Shown here: positions 62,827 to 64,000 of the stretch, piece after piece
How the letters are laid out: the number at the start of each line of letters is the position of its first letter
Numbering within the stretch: the stretch's first letter is position 1
Made by a program: the position numbers and the translations under genes
Notes under the pieces: model-generated
What the model was told of the DNA's origin: nothing
Databases searched by the model: none
What the model saw: only the letters and a program-made list of their open reading frames with translations
Assembly: GCF_006345805.1 (NCBI RefSeq)
Contig: NC_043010.1
Span: 18,414,001 to 18,478,000 of the forward strand
Origin: Octopus sinensis
Lineage: Eukaryota
Direction: 5' to 3'
DNA length: 64,000 nt

Positions 62827-63495
62827 GCAGCAGCAGCATTATTTCCATTAAAACTATTACAAAACTACTTTAGTTAACAATGACGTTATTTTGAGGCTTG
62901 GTGACAACAAGCCACCTCAAATCGCAAGAATCTTATGATTCATACAGAATACAGGATTACAAATCGACAGTACGCGTCTCAATTCCTATGTTCTTCAGCC
63001 TTTGGGGTAGCAGTTTGGAGGTTGTTTAAGTGAGACTCAAGTGATTTGTTAGTCACTGTTTTTCTATATCAACGGAGGCTAAATTCATTTAAGCATGCTC
63101 TGGCAAGTGGAATCTTGCTGCTGATGAAGGTCAGAGAAGCCGAAATCCATCACCGCTGCGGCACAGTAGCACTTTATGTCTGTACGAGATCCTTTCTCGA
63201 AATGAATACGCAGTTCCCAGCTCCTACATAATCTTTCATCGGACCTAAATCACTCACATATTGCACAAAACTTCTGCAGCATATTTTCCAGCCCCATTTA
63301 TTTGCATCATCGACAAACTTCAACGGCGAATTTTGCAATAAGGAAATCAGGCCGTTGCCTTGTCCATCGCTTTCGTGAACACATTCGGAGCACACTTCTA
63401 CGTATGAGAAAGCAAACTGTCGAAACCTACTCCAACACGTAAGCCTTTCCATTTACTATTGTGCCACGGCATCCCCGCACATTACGGACCTGGAT

Positions 63496-63679
63496 CAGTG
63501 CTTTTCAACTTTTTTTAATATGTGGGCCAGATTCAAGACCTGGAATTTTTTTTTTGATTTAGGAGATCACGCCATAAAAAATAGAACACATGTCAATTAA
63601 AAGAAAATTTGTATTTATACAGGGAAGACCGTCGAGGGCCGCTAGAAGGATGCTAGAGAGCCGAGGTTGAGAACCACTG
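63496..63679. mobile_element. hAT-Charlie MITE
   Basis: TIRs CAGTGCTTTTCAAC / GTTGAGAACCACTG. Confidence 0.75.
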
Positions 63680-64000
63680 ATCTAGATACTCTATGAAGAG
63701 GAAGAAACTACGTTCCGTAATCGAACTCGAAACGATGAAGTCGACAAGCTTTCCACTCCGTCAGTAACCCTATTCTTATTTTTCAGTCCCCCCCCCACAC
63801 ACACACACATCTCAGTTTCTTTTTCTATGTCATCCTCTCCCTTGCCTATTCTTGATTCTCTCTCCCTCTCTAACTTAGGTTCTCTCTACTACAACCTCTT
63901 GCGTTCCCCATCAGTCGCAACCAGTTTTTCAACCAGCGATGGTATAAGAACACCGATGATCTTCGTTTATTTCACTTCTGTCATCTTTACCGGAAGGGGA

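Noticed and set aside
63118-63155. CTGATGAAGGTC..GCCGAAATCCATC resembling an HHR
   Set aside because: The core and a short stem II are present, but no stem I pairing flanks it.

Overview
This is AT-rich, microsatellite-saturated animal genomic DNA. The SINE, LINE and microsatellite landscape looks like an Octopus (coleoid cephalopod) genome; this is an inference, not verified. I found no convincing host protein-coding exon, and nearly all listed ORFs are microsatellite read-throughs or decayed transposon frames. The window holds: at least four tRNA-headed SINE families; fragments of CR1-like, Tx1, R4/Dong, RTE and Penelope-like (PLE) retroelements; DD37D/maT and mariner remnants; hAT, pogo/Tigger and Kolobok-like MITEs; Lep1/HINE-like rolling-circle elements; and a 100-N gap. 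Most notable: (1) several hammerhead-ribozyme (HHR) motifs, one complete at 27614-27689, with degenerate HHR halves or a tRNA-like fold in the loops of long fold-back elements; (2) two SINE-LINE 3'-tail partnerships visible in the window (SINE-B with CR1, showing a compensated stem-loop, and SINE-A with Tx1); (3) a head-to-tail array of Dong/R4 elements in (TAA)n, two copies of which share a deletion junction. All alignments and translations were done by eye, and repeat boundaries are approximate.
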